Shown: positions 12,063-24,648 of the stretch, piece by piece
Numbering within the stretch: the first letter of the stretch is position 1
Layout: the number at the start of each line of letters is the position of its first letter
Assembly (NCBI RefSeq): GCF_036365525.1
Contig: NC_090399.1
Location: forward strand, 14,941,558-15,005,557
From: Heterodontus francisci
Lineage: Eukaryota
DNA length: 64,000 bases
Direction of reading: 5' to 3'
Made by a program: the position numbers and the translations under genes
Notes under the pieces: model-generated
What the model saw: the letters and a program-made list of their open reading frames with translations, nothing else
Database searches by the model: none
What the model was told of the DNA's origin: nothing

Positions 12063-13289
12063 CCAAGTAAAGTCTGGCCACCCGACCCGAACCCATCAAG
12101 ACCCGACTACATGTGTCGGGTTCGGGTCAGGTCGGGCTGGACACTGCTGCTTCCGGGAAGTCACAGGATCAGGCTTACCTAATTAAAATAATGTCCCAGA
12201 TTTTGCAGACAGCAACCAATGAACTATTGCACTCACACTTGTCCACAGATGTGCTATGGGTCTTTGCACTGGAACTTGCAGTGATTAGAATTGGAAAACA
12301 GCAGTTCCACTTACTGCTGATCGTGGACTTTTGTGAACAGGGAAAGCGATTGTGTACCTCCTTAATCAATCAGTTTCAAGAATCTTACTGAGACACAAAG
12401 GAAGTGTCAATTGCAATATTTAATTCAATGCCTTAGTAGGTACAGAATGTGAAACAAAGAGAGAGAAAGACGAATAGGATTAAGAGAGAAAGAGATAAAG
12501 AGGCAGAAAGACAAAGTAAAACTAACTTTTAAATGTGGTCTTTTTAAAAAAAAACAAATTCAACAATAATCAAAACCAGAAGGGATGAGACTCCACATTT
12601 GTAAAAGTAAATTTTCAGTGCCGGCAAGGTTGTTTGACAATAATTAAGACGTATCATACTGTTAAAATGAAATAAATAAAATGGACAAGCTTTAGTTTAT
12701 TCTGACATGTTTAGTGGGTATCTAGTGAGTAATTCCCCAACTCACCTTAATCTGTACATTTGAATGTGATCTGTATTTTTGTTCAACATTGACAGATATT
12801 AACAAATTAATTACATTGGAATCAATACTTCACTCCAAGTCCTTGTACTGATTCTTCATGTGATTAGTTTGCAATGTTAAATATAACATCAACATACATT
12901 ATTTCCTAGTCTTGATTTTATTTATGTATCTATTAGCTGGTGCAGTTGTAAAGTATGAAGTTTCCCCCATCGTCTGAAAACCAGATTTCACAAAGGAATT
13001 CTCTAAAACTCATGCTGCCCCTCATATAATACACAGCCAATCTCCGCCCCCACCCCATCCCTCATCTTGTGGACCTATATTTGCTCCTGATTTCCCAACA
13101 TCTCCAATTTAAAAATCTTGTTTTTTTATCTCATCTAATTTTGTTGAAATTACAATTCAATTGTGTTCTGGTGAGAACATCACAAGGGTAACCAAGCACT
13201 GGGAGAGAGTTTGCCAGATTTTCACTGCCCTTTGTGTGTGAAATGTTTCCGAACATCAAACTGAACAGATTAGTTCTCTTTTCTCTAGA

Positions 13290-13660
13290 CCTGATAGAGG
13301 ACTTTATGATAATGAACAGGCTTTATAGATTAGACATAGAGAAAACATTTCCATTTGTAGGGTAGACTAAAAATAAAGGTTATCAATCGAAGATAGTCAC
13401 AAATCCTATAATGAACTCAGCCGAAACTTTTTTTCAGAGAGTGGTGAAAATGTGGAACTCACTACCACATAGAATAGTTAAGGCAAATAGCATAGATGCA
13501 TTTAAGGGGAAGATAGATAAGTACATGAGGGAGAAAGGAATAGAAGGTATGTCAATGAGGTGAGATGAAGAGAGGCAGGAGGAGGTTCATGTGGAGCATA
13601 AACACCAGCATGGATCAGCTGGGCCGAATGGCCTGTTTCTGTGCTGCAGACCATGTAACT
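13290..13660 (+). mobile_element. Degenerate CR1 3' fragment
   Basis: cagagagtggtgaaaatgtggaactcactacc and the gggccgaatggcctgtttctgtgctg tail. Confidence 0.75.
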
Positions 13661-13714
13661 TGATGCACATTCAATCAAATCACTTCAAATGTAACCTGCT
13701 TATTTATGAACTGA

Positions 13715-16700
13715 ATCACGGAATCATAGAAATTTACAGTTTGAAAGGAGACTATTCAGCCCATCATGTACATGCTGGCTGACAAGCTGCCATCCAGCCT
13801 AATTCCACTTTCTGGCTCTTGGTCCATAATCCTGTAGGTTACAGCACTTCAAGTGCATGTGCAAGTACATTTTTAAATGCCTCTACCACCTTTTCAGGCA
13901 GTGAGTTCCAGATCCCAAACACCCACTGGGTGAAAACATTTGCTCTCGAATCCCCTCTAAACATCCTATCTTTTACCCTAAATTTATGCCCCTAGTTATG
14001 GACCCCTCAACCAAGCAGAAATAGGGCTTGCCCATCCACTCTATCTAGATCCCTCATTATTTTATACACTTCAGTTAAATCTCCCCTCATCCTTCTCTGT
14101 TCCAAAGAAAACAGCCCTAGCCTAACCAATCATTCCTCATAACTAAAATTCCCCAATCCAGGCAACAGCCTCATATATCTCCTCTGTACCCTCTCAGGTG
14201 CAATCACATCTTTCCAATAGTGCGGTACTCTAGCTGTGGACTAACTAGTGTTTTATACAGTTTCAGCAAAACCTCCCAGCTCTTTTATTCTATGTCTTGG
14301 CTAATAAAGGCAAGTATCCTATATGCCTTCTTGACCGCCTTATCTACCTGTCCAGCCACCTTCAGGAATCTGTGAACACACTCTACAAGGCCTCTCTGTT
14401 CATCTACACTTCTCAGTATCCGACCATTTATTGTGTACCCCCTTGCCTAATTAGCCTTCCTCAAATGCATAACCTCACACTTCTCAGTATTGAACTCCAT
14501 TTGCCACTGCTCCGCCCACCTGATTGGACCATTGATATCATCCTGCAGTCTACAGCTTTATTCTTCATTATCAAGCACAAGGCCAATTTTTGTATCACCT
14601 GCAAACTCCTTAATCATACCCCCTGTATTCATGTACAAATCATTGACATTTAGCACAAAAAGCAAGGGACTCAGTATTGAGCCCTGCAGAACCCCACTGG
14701 AAATATCCTTCCAGTCAGGAAAAACACTCTGAGCAAATTTTGGATCTAACTTGCCACTTGACCTTGGATCCTTTGGGCTTTTATTTCGTGACCAGTCTGC
14801 CATGTGTCACTTCATCAAAAGTCTTGCTAAAATCCATACAGACCACATCAAATGCACACCCTTCTTTGACGTTCCTTGTTACCACCGCAAAAAACAGTCA
14901 GACACAACCTTCCCTGAACAAATCCGTGCTGTCTTTGATTAATCCACCTCTATCTAAATGAAGATTTATCCTGTCCCTCATATTTTTTTCCAATAATTTT
15001 CCCAGCACCAAGGTTAGACTGACTGGACTGTAATTACTCTATCCCTTTATCACTTTTCAAACAATGCCACAGCATTAGCTGTCCCCCAGGCCTTTGGTGC
15101 CACACCTGCTGCCAGAGAGAATTGGACGATGATGGTGAGAGCCACTGTTATTTCTTCTCTTGCAATGTTTACCAGCCTGGGAATCATTTCATCCAAGCCT
15201 GGGGATTTCCAAAATACTTAATACTTCCTCTCTCATTATGTTAACTTCATCCTTCATCTAATATTTCACACTCCTCCCTGATTGCAATGTCAGTAGTGCC
15301 CCTCCCTTTGTGAAAACAGATGCACAGTATTCATTAAGAATCATACCAGGTCCTCTGCCTCCACACTTGGGTTACCCTGATGGTTCCTAATTGAACCTAC
15401 TCTTTCTTTAGTTACCCTTTGGCTCTTCATGTCTTTATCTTTAAAAAAAACATGTTTTCCTTGATTTTACTTGCCAATGTTTTTTATGCCCTTTCTTTGC
15501 TCCCTAATTTCCTTTATAATTTCACCCTACACTTTTTAATAGTCCTCTAGGTTTTCTGAGGTATTGAGCCCTGGATATTTGTAATGTTATTTCCCTTTTG
15601 TTCTTTATCCTCTCCTTTAAGCTACTTGACAGCCATGGGACTTTGGATTTATGAGACGCACCCCTTTCCTTTAAGGGAAAATACTTGCTATAAACCCTCA
15701 CTATTTTTTTTGTTCACCAGTTCAAAACATATGGCCCCATTTGGTGATCCTTCTACCATATCATCCCTCCTCAGAGCTATGATTTCATCAATATTGCGAT
15801 CCCCTCCATTTTTAACCCCCTCTCTATTTTGTCTGAAATCCCTGCAACCAGGAATGTTGAGCTACCGTTCCTGCCCTTCTTTCAGTCATGTCTCAGTAAT
15901 CACTACAACACTATGCTCCCATGTGCCAATCTGTGCTCTAAGCTCATCTGCCTTATTTCCTAGGCTTCTTGCATTGAAGTAAAAACCATTCAGCACTGCC
16001 ATACTCTTGTTAGCGGGAATGAATCTGGAAGAATCACTCGACACTCAGGTCTGCTCCAATGTCAAATAGTTTATTTAGTTACACCAGCGGGGAGCAGGTC
16101 ACTGGTCTGTCCAGATGCCTCTCCACCGAACAAAGGAAAATCATGCATACTTATACATTTTTCAAACAGTTACTCAGCCCATCCTGGCTGGACATGATCC
16201 AATCGTAACGGTTATTGATTACATACATTACACATATGATATTTACTGCAGGTGCCTCTGCGCTTGGGAATACCCTACAACATTCTCTTGTTCTCTGTTT
16301 TCTAGCCTTTGTTTCCTCTGATTTCCAAACACACTTACTAACTTTCTGCCTTCCATTTCCAACTCTTCTTTTCTCTCTCCTGAATCTACTCTCAGTTTCC
16401 CATCCCCAAGCCATTTAAACCCTCCCCAACAACACTAGCAAAACCCCCTGTGAGGATATTAGTCCCGGCCCTGTTGAGGTGCAACTCATCTGGCTTGCAC
16501 AGGTCACACTTTCCCTAGAAGCGGTCCCAATGCCTCAGAAATCTAAAGCCCTTCCTCCTGCACCATCTCTCAAGTCATGTATTCACCAGCTCTCTCTTCC
16601 TATTTCTGTACCTTGGAGCACATGGAACCTAGAATACTCCAGAGACTTCTACCTTTGAGGTCCTGCTTTTCACTCTCTCCTAGCTCCCTAAACCCTGCTT

Positions 16701-17070
16701 GTAGACCTCATCCCTCTTTCTGCCTAAACGCTGCCTGCGGGACCTCATCCCTCTTTCTGCCTTGTCATTGATGCCAATATGAACCACGACCTCTGGCTAT
16801 TTACCCTCCCCCCTCAGAATGTCCTGCAGCCGCTCAATGATATTGCTGACCCTGGCACCAGGGAGTAAACATAATACCCTGGAGTCACGTCTGCGGCCGC
16901 AGAAGCTCCTGCCTGTTCCCATCACTGTCGAGTCCCCTACCACTATTGCTCTTCCACTGATCTTCCTCCCCCCAACCCCACGCTGTGCAGCTGAGCCACC
17001 CATGGTGCCATGGACTTGGCACTGCCTGCACTCCCCAGATGAACCATCACTCTCACCAGTATTCCGAAAT
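13715..17070 (-). mobile_element. Old fragmented CR1 LINE (RT pieces, APE piece, ORF1 esterase), interrupted by an LTR-like insert
   Basis: Minus-strand ORFs SGVLQGSILSPLLF...FAGDTKIG (14558-14803) and AIVVGDS...LPGARV (16797-17186, SGNH-type ORF1). Confidence 0.8.
16008..16282 (-). mobile_element. Short solo-LTR-like insert
   Basis: Starts tgttagcggg and ends ccctacaaca (TG...CA, imperfect inverted ends). Minus-strand AATAAA near 16070, and ctct on both sides. It interrupts CR1 sequence. Confidence 0.5.
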
Positions 17071-17437
17071 GATAATCCTGGGGAGGGATTGGGTGGGGGA
17101 GGGCGTTCCTTGCCAATGTTATGCTGGAAATAGACAGAAACCCTTTGGAACATCAAGGCCGAGGATTTAATTTTATCCATTTTCATAAGCTATCATTACA
17201 CAGCTTTTACTTCTGATGGAGGCCTCAGTTTCAGTCACAACATCTGGCTGTGTTGGTCAGTTCACAAGCATTTCACAAATCTTTGTTTTACCCAAGTCCT
17301 GAGTGGATGTGGGAATTTCAATGGGAATGACATTTTACTTTGCAATTCTCTGTAAATGGGCAGGCATGTATATATCCTGCTGGGAGAGGATGAAGCAACT
17401 GATGACAAATTTACCAAAAATAAGCATGGTTCTTTTG

Positions 17438-20400
17438 CAAGGAAAGGACACGAGAAGTCATTGGCGGATAGGATCAAAGAAAACCCTAAGGCTTTCTATA
17501 GGTATATCAGGAATAAAAGAATGACTAGAGATAGGTTAGGGCCAATCAAGGATAGTAGTGGGAAGTTGTGTGTGGAATCGGAGGAGATAGGGGAAGTGTT
17601 AAATGAATATTTTTCGTCAGTATTTACAGTGGAGGAAGAAAATGTTGTCGAGGAGAATACTGAGATACAGACTACTAGGCTAGATGGGATTGAGGTCCAC
17701 AAGGAGGAGGTGTTAGCAATTTTGGAAAGTGTGAAAATAGTTAAGTCCCCTGGGCCAGATGGGATTTATCCTAGGATTCTCTGGGAAGCCAGGGAGGAGA
17801 TTGCAGAGCCTTTGTCCTTGATTTTTATGTCGTCATTGTCGACAGGAATAGTGCCGGAAGACTGGAGGATAGCAAATGTTGTCCCCTTGTTCAAGAAGGG
17901 GAGTAGAGACAGCCCTGGTAATTATAGACCTGTGAGCCTTACTTCGGTTGTGGGTAAAATGTTGGAAAAGGTTATAAGAGATAGGATTTATAATCATCTT
18001 GAAAAGAATAAGTTCATTAGAGGTAGTCAGCACGGTTTTGTGAAGGGCAGGTCGTGCCTCACAAACCTTATTGAGTTTTTCGAGAAGGTGACCAAACAGG
18101 TGGATGAGGGTAAAGCCGTGGATGTGGTCTATATGGATTTCAGTAAGGCGTTTGATAAAGTTCCCCACGGTAGGCTATTGCAGAAAATATAGAAGTATGG
18201 GATTGAAGGTGAATTAGTGCTTTGGATCAGAAATTGGCTAGCTGAAAGAAGACAGAGGGTGGTGGTTGATGGTAAATGTTCATCCTGGAATATAGTTTCT
18301 AGTGGTGTACCGCAAGGATCTGTTTTGGGGCCACTGCTGTTTGTCACTTTTATAAATGACCTGGATGAGGGTGTAGAAGGGTGGGTTAGTAAATTTGCGG
18401 ATGACACGAAGGTCGGTGGAGTTGTGGATAGTGCCGAAGGATGTCGTAGGTTACAGAGGGACATAGATAGGCTGCAGAGCTGGGCTGAGAGATGGCAAAT
18501 GGAATTTAATGCGGAAAAGTGTGAGGTGATTCACTTCGGAAGGAGTAACAGGATTGCAGAATACTGGGCTAATGGGAAGATTCTTGGTAGTGTAGATGAG
18601 CAGAGAGATCTTGGTGTCCAGGTACATAAATCCCTGAAAGTTGCCACCCAGGTTAATAGAGCTGTTAAGAAGGCAAATGGTGTGTTAGCTTTTATTAGTA
18701 GGGGGATCGAGTTTAGGAGCCACGAGGTCATGCTGCAGCTGTACAGAACTCTGGTGCGGCCGCACCTGGAGTATTGCGTGCAGTTCTGGTCACCGCATTA
18801 TAGGAAGGATGTGGAAGCTTTGGAAAAGGTGCAGAGGAGATTTACTAGGATGTTGCCTGGTATGGAGGGAAGGTCTTACGAGGAAAGGCTGAGGGACTTG
18901 AGGTTGTTTTTGTTGGAGAGAAGGAGGAGAAGAGGTGACTTAATAGAGACAGATAAGATAATCAGAGGGTTGGACAGGGTGGATAGTGAGAGCCTTTTTC
19001 CTCGGATGGTGATGGCAAACACGAGGGGACATAGCTTTAAGTTGAGGGGTGATAGATATAGGACAGATGTCAGAGGTAGTTTCTTTACACAGAGAGTAGT
19101 AGGGGCGTGGAACGCCCTGCCTGCAACAGTAGTAGACTCGCCAACTTTACGGGCATTTAAGTGGTCATTGGATAGACATCAGGGTAGACGCGCTCGGCCA
19201 GCTTCTGGAGCCTGTTCAGAGCGACTCGAGCAAAGACTTTCCCCACTATGCTGAGCAGGGAGATTCCACGGTAGTTGTTGCAGTCACCGCGGTCACCTTT
19301 GTTTTTATAGAGGGTGATGATGTTGGCATCGCGCATGTCCTGGGGTACTGCTCCCTCGTCCCAGCACAGGCATAGCAGTTCATGTAGTGCTGAGAGTATA
19401 GCAGGCTTGGCACTCTTGATTATTTCAGGGGTAATGCTGTCCTTCCCAGGGGCTTTTCTGCTGGCTAGGGAATCAATGGCATCACTGAGTTCCGATTTGG
19501 TTGGCTGTATGTCCAGCTCATCCATGACTGGTAGAGGCTGGGCTGCATTGAGGGCAGTCTCAGTGACAGCATTCTCCCTGGAGTACAGTTCTAGGTAGTG
19601 CTCAACCCAGCGGTCCATCTGTTTGCGTTGGTCAGTGATTATGTCCCCCGATTTAGATTTGAGGGGGGTGATCTTCTTGATGGTTGGCCCAAGAGCTCTC
19701 TTCATGCCATCATACATTCCTCTGATGTTTCCGGTGTCTGAGGCCAGCTGAATATGACTGCATAGGTGTTGCCAGTAGTCGTTTGCGCAACGCCTAGCTG
19801 TTCTTTGTGCAGTACTTCTGGCTGCTTTAAGTGCTGCGGATGTTAAATCGCTGGGGGCTTTCTTGTAGTTCAAAAGTGCAATGCGCTTAGCGGCTATGAC
19901 AGGTTCCAGCTCTTCATTATGAGATTGAAACCAGTCTGCATTTCTCTTCGCACTTTTGCCGTAGGTGGTCAAAGCTGACTCATAGATGGCGTCTCTGATG
20001 TGGGCCCACTTGGTCTCAGCATCCCCTGTGGGAGTGTTTTGAAGGGCTGTTACAAGTGAATTTAGAAATTTTTGTAACAGCTGTGGGTGAGAAATTCTGC
20101 TCGTGTTGATGCACGGGTGGCCCTTCTGCTTGGAATGATGCAACTTCTTTGGTCTGAGTCTAACCTTGCTGCACACCAGGGAGTGGTCGGTGTCGCAGTC
20201 CGCACTGTGGAAGCTGCGTGTGATTTGAACACTGTTTATGGCGGCTCGCCTTGTGACAATGAGGTCTAGCTGGTGCCAACGACGTGATCTTGGGTGCCTC
20301 CATGAAACCTGGTGACAGGGTTTAGTGTGAAAGAACGAGTTGGTGATGCAGAGGTTATGATAGGTACACAACTCAAGCAGTCTCTGCCCGTTCTCATTCA

Positions 20401-22706
20401 TCCTTCCAACGCCATAGCGCCCAAGGCAGGAGGGCCATGAGTCATGGTCGGCCCCAACCCTGGCATTAAAGTCCCCCAGCAGGAATAGGTGTTCGGTGTT
20501 GGGGATGCTGCTAATGATGTTATGGAGTTGTTCAGAGAACTGGTCTTTAGCTTCAGGTGCGGAACAGAGTGTTGGAGCATAGATGCTGAGTAGGTGTACT
20601 GGACCAGAGGTGGTGAGCAGTCGGATGGACAGTATGCGTTCCGAGCCATTTGAGGGAGGCTCTATCATGCTGAGCAAGGAGTTTCTGATGGCGAAGCCCA
20701 CTCCATGCTGTCTTGGTTCTTCAGGATCCCTGCCCTGCCAGAAGAAGGTGTAGTCTTGCTCTGCTAGAGAGCCACTCGCGGGGAGGCGAGTCTCCTGAAG
20801 TGCTGCAATGTCCACATTGAGTCTACTGAGCTCGTTGTTAATGATGGCGGTCTTCCGAGAATCGTTGATTTGTGTAAGGTCTTCCGACAGGCCAGGACAC
20901 ATAGTTCTGACGTTCCAGCTTGCAAAGCGAAGGGCTGGTACCTTCTTTCCTTTTTTCATGTTGTTTGGTGCGGTGTATCAGTCCACCTTTCGGGCAATGA
21001 CCCTGAGCTCCAAGCACCCATTGAAGCAGGCAGACTGTGGCGGGACAGAACCTTATTGACCGGGGGCTGCCCGGTTTGAGGCGGGCGGTAGCTGTCCAGT
21101 GAGGTGCAACTGAGGCGTCTACCCTGAGGCACAGTGTGGCTTTCGTGCAGAGAGATCGACTATTGACATGCTGTTCTCCCTTCGTCAGATACAGGAGAAA
21201 TGCCGTGAACAACAGATGCCCCTCTACATTGCTTTCATTGATCTCACCAAAGCCTTTGACCTCGTCAGCAGACGTGGTCTCTTCAGACTACTAGAAAAGA
21301 TCGGATGTCCACCAAAGCTACTAAGTATCATCACCTCATTCCATGACAATATGAAAGGCACAATTCAACATGGTGGCTCCTCATCAGAGCCCTTTCCTAT
21401 CCTGAGTGGTGTGAAACAGGGCTGTGTTCTCGCACCCACACTTTTTGGGATTTTCTTCTCCCTGCTGCTTTCACATGCGTTCAAATCCTCTGAAGAAGGA
21501 ATTTTCCTCCACACAAGATCAGGGGGCAGGTTGTTCAACCTTGCCCGTCTAAGAGCGAAGTCCAAAGTACGGAAAGTCCTCATCAGAGAACTCCTCTTTG
21601 CTGACGATGCTGCTTTAACATCTCACACTGAAGAATGCCTGCAGAGTCTCATCGACAGGTTTGCGTCTGCCTGCAATGAATTTGGCCTAACCATCAGCCT
21701 CAAGAAAACGAACATCATGGGGCAGGATGTCAGAAATGCTCCATCCATCAATATTGGCGACCACGCTCTGGAAGTGGTTCAAGAGTTCACCTACCTAGGC
21801 TCAACTATCACCAGTAACCTGTCTCTAGATGCAGAAATCAACAAGCGCATGGGTAAGGCTTCCACTGCTATGTTCAGACTGGCCAAGAGAGTGTGGGAAA
21901 ATGGCGCACTGACACGGAACACAAAAGTCCGAGTGTATCAGGCCTGAGTCCTCAGTACCTTGCTCTACGGCAGCGAGGCCTGGACAACGTATGCCAGCCA
22001 AGAGCGACGTCTCAATTCATTCCATCTTCGCTGCCTTCGGAGAATACTTGGCATCAGGTGGCAGGACTATATCTCCAACACAGAAGTCCTTGAAGTGGCC
22101 AACATCCCCAGCTTATACACACTACTGAGTCAGCGGCGCTTGAGATGGCTTGGCCATGTGAGCCGCATGGAAGATGGCAGGATCCCCAAAGACACATTGT
22201 ACAGCGAGCTCGCCACTGGTATCAGACCCACCGGCCGTCCATGTCTCCGTTATAAAGACGTCTGCAAACGCGACATGAAATCGTGTGACATTGATCACAA
22301 GTCGTGGGAGTCAGTTGCCAGCATTCGCCAGAGCTGGCGGGCAGCCATAAAGACAGGGCTAAATTGTGGCGAGTCGAAGAGACTTAGTAGTTGGCAGGAA
22401 AAAAGACAGAGGCGCAAGGGGAGAGCCAACTGTGCAACAGCCCCAACAAACAAATTTCTCTGCAGCACCTGTGGAAGAGCCTGTCACTCCAGAATTGGCC
22501 TTTATAGCCACTCCAGGCGCTGCTTCACAAACCACTGACCACCTCCAGGCGCGTATCCATTGTCTCTCGAGATAAGGAGGCCCAAAAGAAGGATAGACAT
22601 ATGGATGAAAATGGAATAGTGTAGGTCAGATGGTTTCACAGGTCGGCGCAACATTGAGGGCTGAAGGGCCTGTACTGCGCTGTAATGTTCTATGTTCTAT
22701 GTTCTA
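17438..22706 (+). mobile_element. Young 5'-truncated CR1 (HER1-like) LINE, split by an RTE insertion (CR1 parts 17438-19179 and 22591-22706)
   Basis: ORFs 17356-18192 and 18217-19254 carry RT motifs (YMDFSKAFDKVPH, GVPQGSVLGP, FADD) with one stop. The 3' UTR and (ttctatg)n tail resume after 22591. Confidence 0.95.
19180..22590 (+). mobile_element. Near-complete RTE-clade LINE with 5' inversion (19180-21109 on -, 21115-22590 on +), TSD GGATAGACAT
   Basis: The minus ORF from ATG 20959 (APE + linker) ends at ...LAERVYP. The plus segment resumes VYPEAQCGFR...RT (DLTKAFD, GVKQGC, FADD)...CSTCGRACHSRIGLYSH. The TSD is at 19170-19179 and 22591-22600. Confidence 0.95.
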
Positions 22707-23664
22707 TCTATTCACTGGGAGTCAGTGCCCACTTTCAATGATTTTTCATAAGAAGACAGTCTGCTGCGGTAACTGCATATGATGTGGATTTCAGTTTCCA
22801 AACCTATTCTTGGCTTCTCCAAGAAAATTGCTGACAGATCTCTTTCAATAGTGATCAACAGTTTTGCTGTCATTGGTTTTGCCAACTGTGTTTCACAAGC
22901 TGAGAGCAGCGATTTCACTGTCAGTGCCACACTTCACTGGCAAGTTAAAGTAAGTGGATTTTTCTAGTTCTACTTTCTAGTAAAAGTAGGGATCATATTC
23001 TAGAATGTCTCTGCATAATTTTCCACTGATCTTAGGATTTTGAAGTTACAAGACTTTATTTCTTGCTTCTCGGTAAAGTAGTAAAAATTGTTCTGGAGAA
23101 GTGGAAGATTGATTGATATATTTCTGCAAATAGTGATTTGGTTTAGTCGACTGTTAATCTGTGTTGTAAACCAGTCCTGATTTGAGGACACAAGCACATT
23201 CGACCGAAAGTAAATTAACAGTATATTCAGCCGCAATTTTTCACCGAGACCGCTGGGATTCCGGCCTCTGTTCACTTGCATTGACTCTCGATCCGCCAAT
23301 GATCCACCTTCTGAGTTTCCTCTCCTTGTCTTTAAAATCTCTCCATAGTTCCATTCCGCCTGAGCTCCCCTTAACTTTACATGGCCATCAGTTCCCCCCC
23401 GTTACTCTGTCTGAGGTCTGCTCTGTACCTCACCACAACACACCCCACCTTTCCCCCAGCATTGGCTCCCACTTTCCTGCCTTGGTCCCCGTTTTAGAAA
23501 TTTGCTTCTGAAACTCCTCCGCCTCTTCCAACATTTTTTTTCTTCCTTTCAAACCGCTCCACAAACTTAACCTCTTTTCTCAAGACTTTGATCAGCCCAC
23601 TGATTGCTCTGAGTTTGGTTTGAAGTCCATTTCACTGACCCTCTGTAAAGCGCCCTTGGACATC

Positions 23665-24145
23665 TCAGAATCACAGCATTGTTACAGCACAGAAGGAGGC
23701 CATTCAGCCCATCGTGTCTGCACCAGCTCTCCGAGTGAGCAATTCACTTAGTGCCATTCCCCTACCTTCTCCCCACAATCCTGCAAATTCTTCCTTTTCA
23801 GATAACTGTCTAATTCCCTTTTCAATGCCTCGATTGAACCTGCCTCCACCACACTCTCAGGCAGTGCATTCCAGATCCTAACCACTCACTGCCTGAAAAT
23901 CTTTTTCCTATTGTTCTCGATCCTTTCCTGAGTGGGAACAGTTTCTCTCTGTCTACTCTGTCCAGACCCCTCATGATTTTGAAGAACTCGATCAAATCAC
24001 CTCTCAGCCTTCTCTTCTCCAAGGAAAACAGTCCTAACTTCTCCCATCTATCTTCATAACTGAAGTTCCTCATCCCTGGAACCATTTTCGTGAATCTTTT
24101 CTGCACTCTCTCTAACACCTTCACATCCATCCTAAAGTGTGGCAC
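23665..24145 (-). mobile_element. CR1 3' fragment, following an L2-like 3' fragment (about 23330-23660, +)
   Basis: ORF 23822-24145 (LERVQKRFTKM, RRLRGDLIE) and the CR1 tail. Confidence 0.85.
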
Positions 24146-24309
24146 TACACTAAGGATATCAGGCGGAAATTGTCAATGGGTGGGGGACGCAAAACAAACG
24201 GAATTACATTTGTCCAGTGGTATACGGACAGACATGATAGTTCACTGAAATCACGAGAACCGAATATCTAGCCCAGGTTCTGATGTATGCTCAGTCCTTC
24301 TGTTCAGAG

Positions 24310-24648
24310 CCCTCTCGCTGCTGAGTCAGAAGATTATGGGTTCAAGTCCCACTCCAGTACAATACTGAGGGCCTGCTGCAGAGTCAGAGGTGCCAACTTT
24401 TGAAAAAGATGTTAAACCAAGGCCCCGTCTGCCCTTTCAAGCGGATTAAAATATTCCATGACACCTTTCGAAGCTATTCCTTGTGTCCTGGCCTAGTTAT
24501 CCCTCAATCAACAACACATTATCTGATCATTATTGCATTGCCACCTTTCTTACATTACAACAGTGAATGCATTTCAAAACGTGCTTCATTGGCTATAAAG
24601 CACTTTGGGGCATCTTGTGGACGTGAAAGGCACCATATAAATGCAAGC
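24310..24648 (+). mobile_element. DeuSINE-like (SacSINE1-like) tRNA-derived SINE
   Basis: B-box gggttcaagtccc, core agaggtgcc...gttaaaccaaggccccgtctgccct, and L2-type tail gaaaggcaccatataaatgcaag. Confidence 0.7.

Noticed and set aside
22712-23299. Possible hAT transposase remnant or host exon on the minus strand
   Set aside because: Only a faint resemblance (ALTV...SACE), with many stops and no coherent frame; unsupported without a TBLASTN/HMM search.
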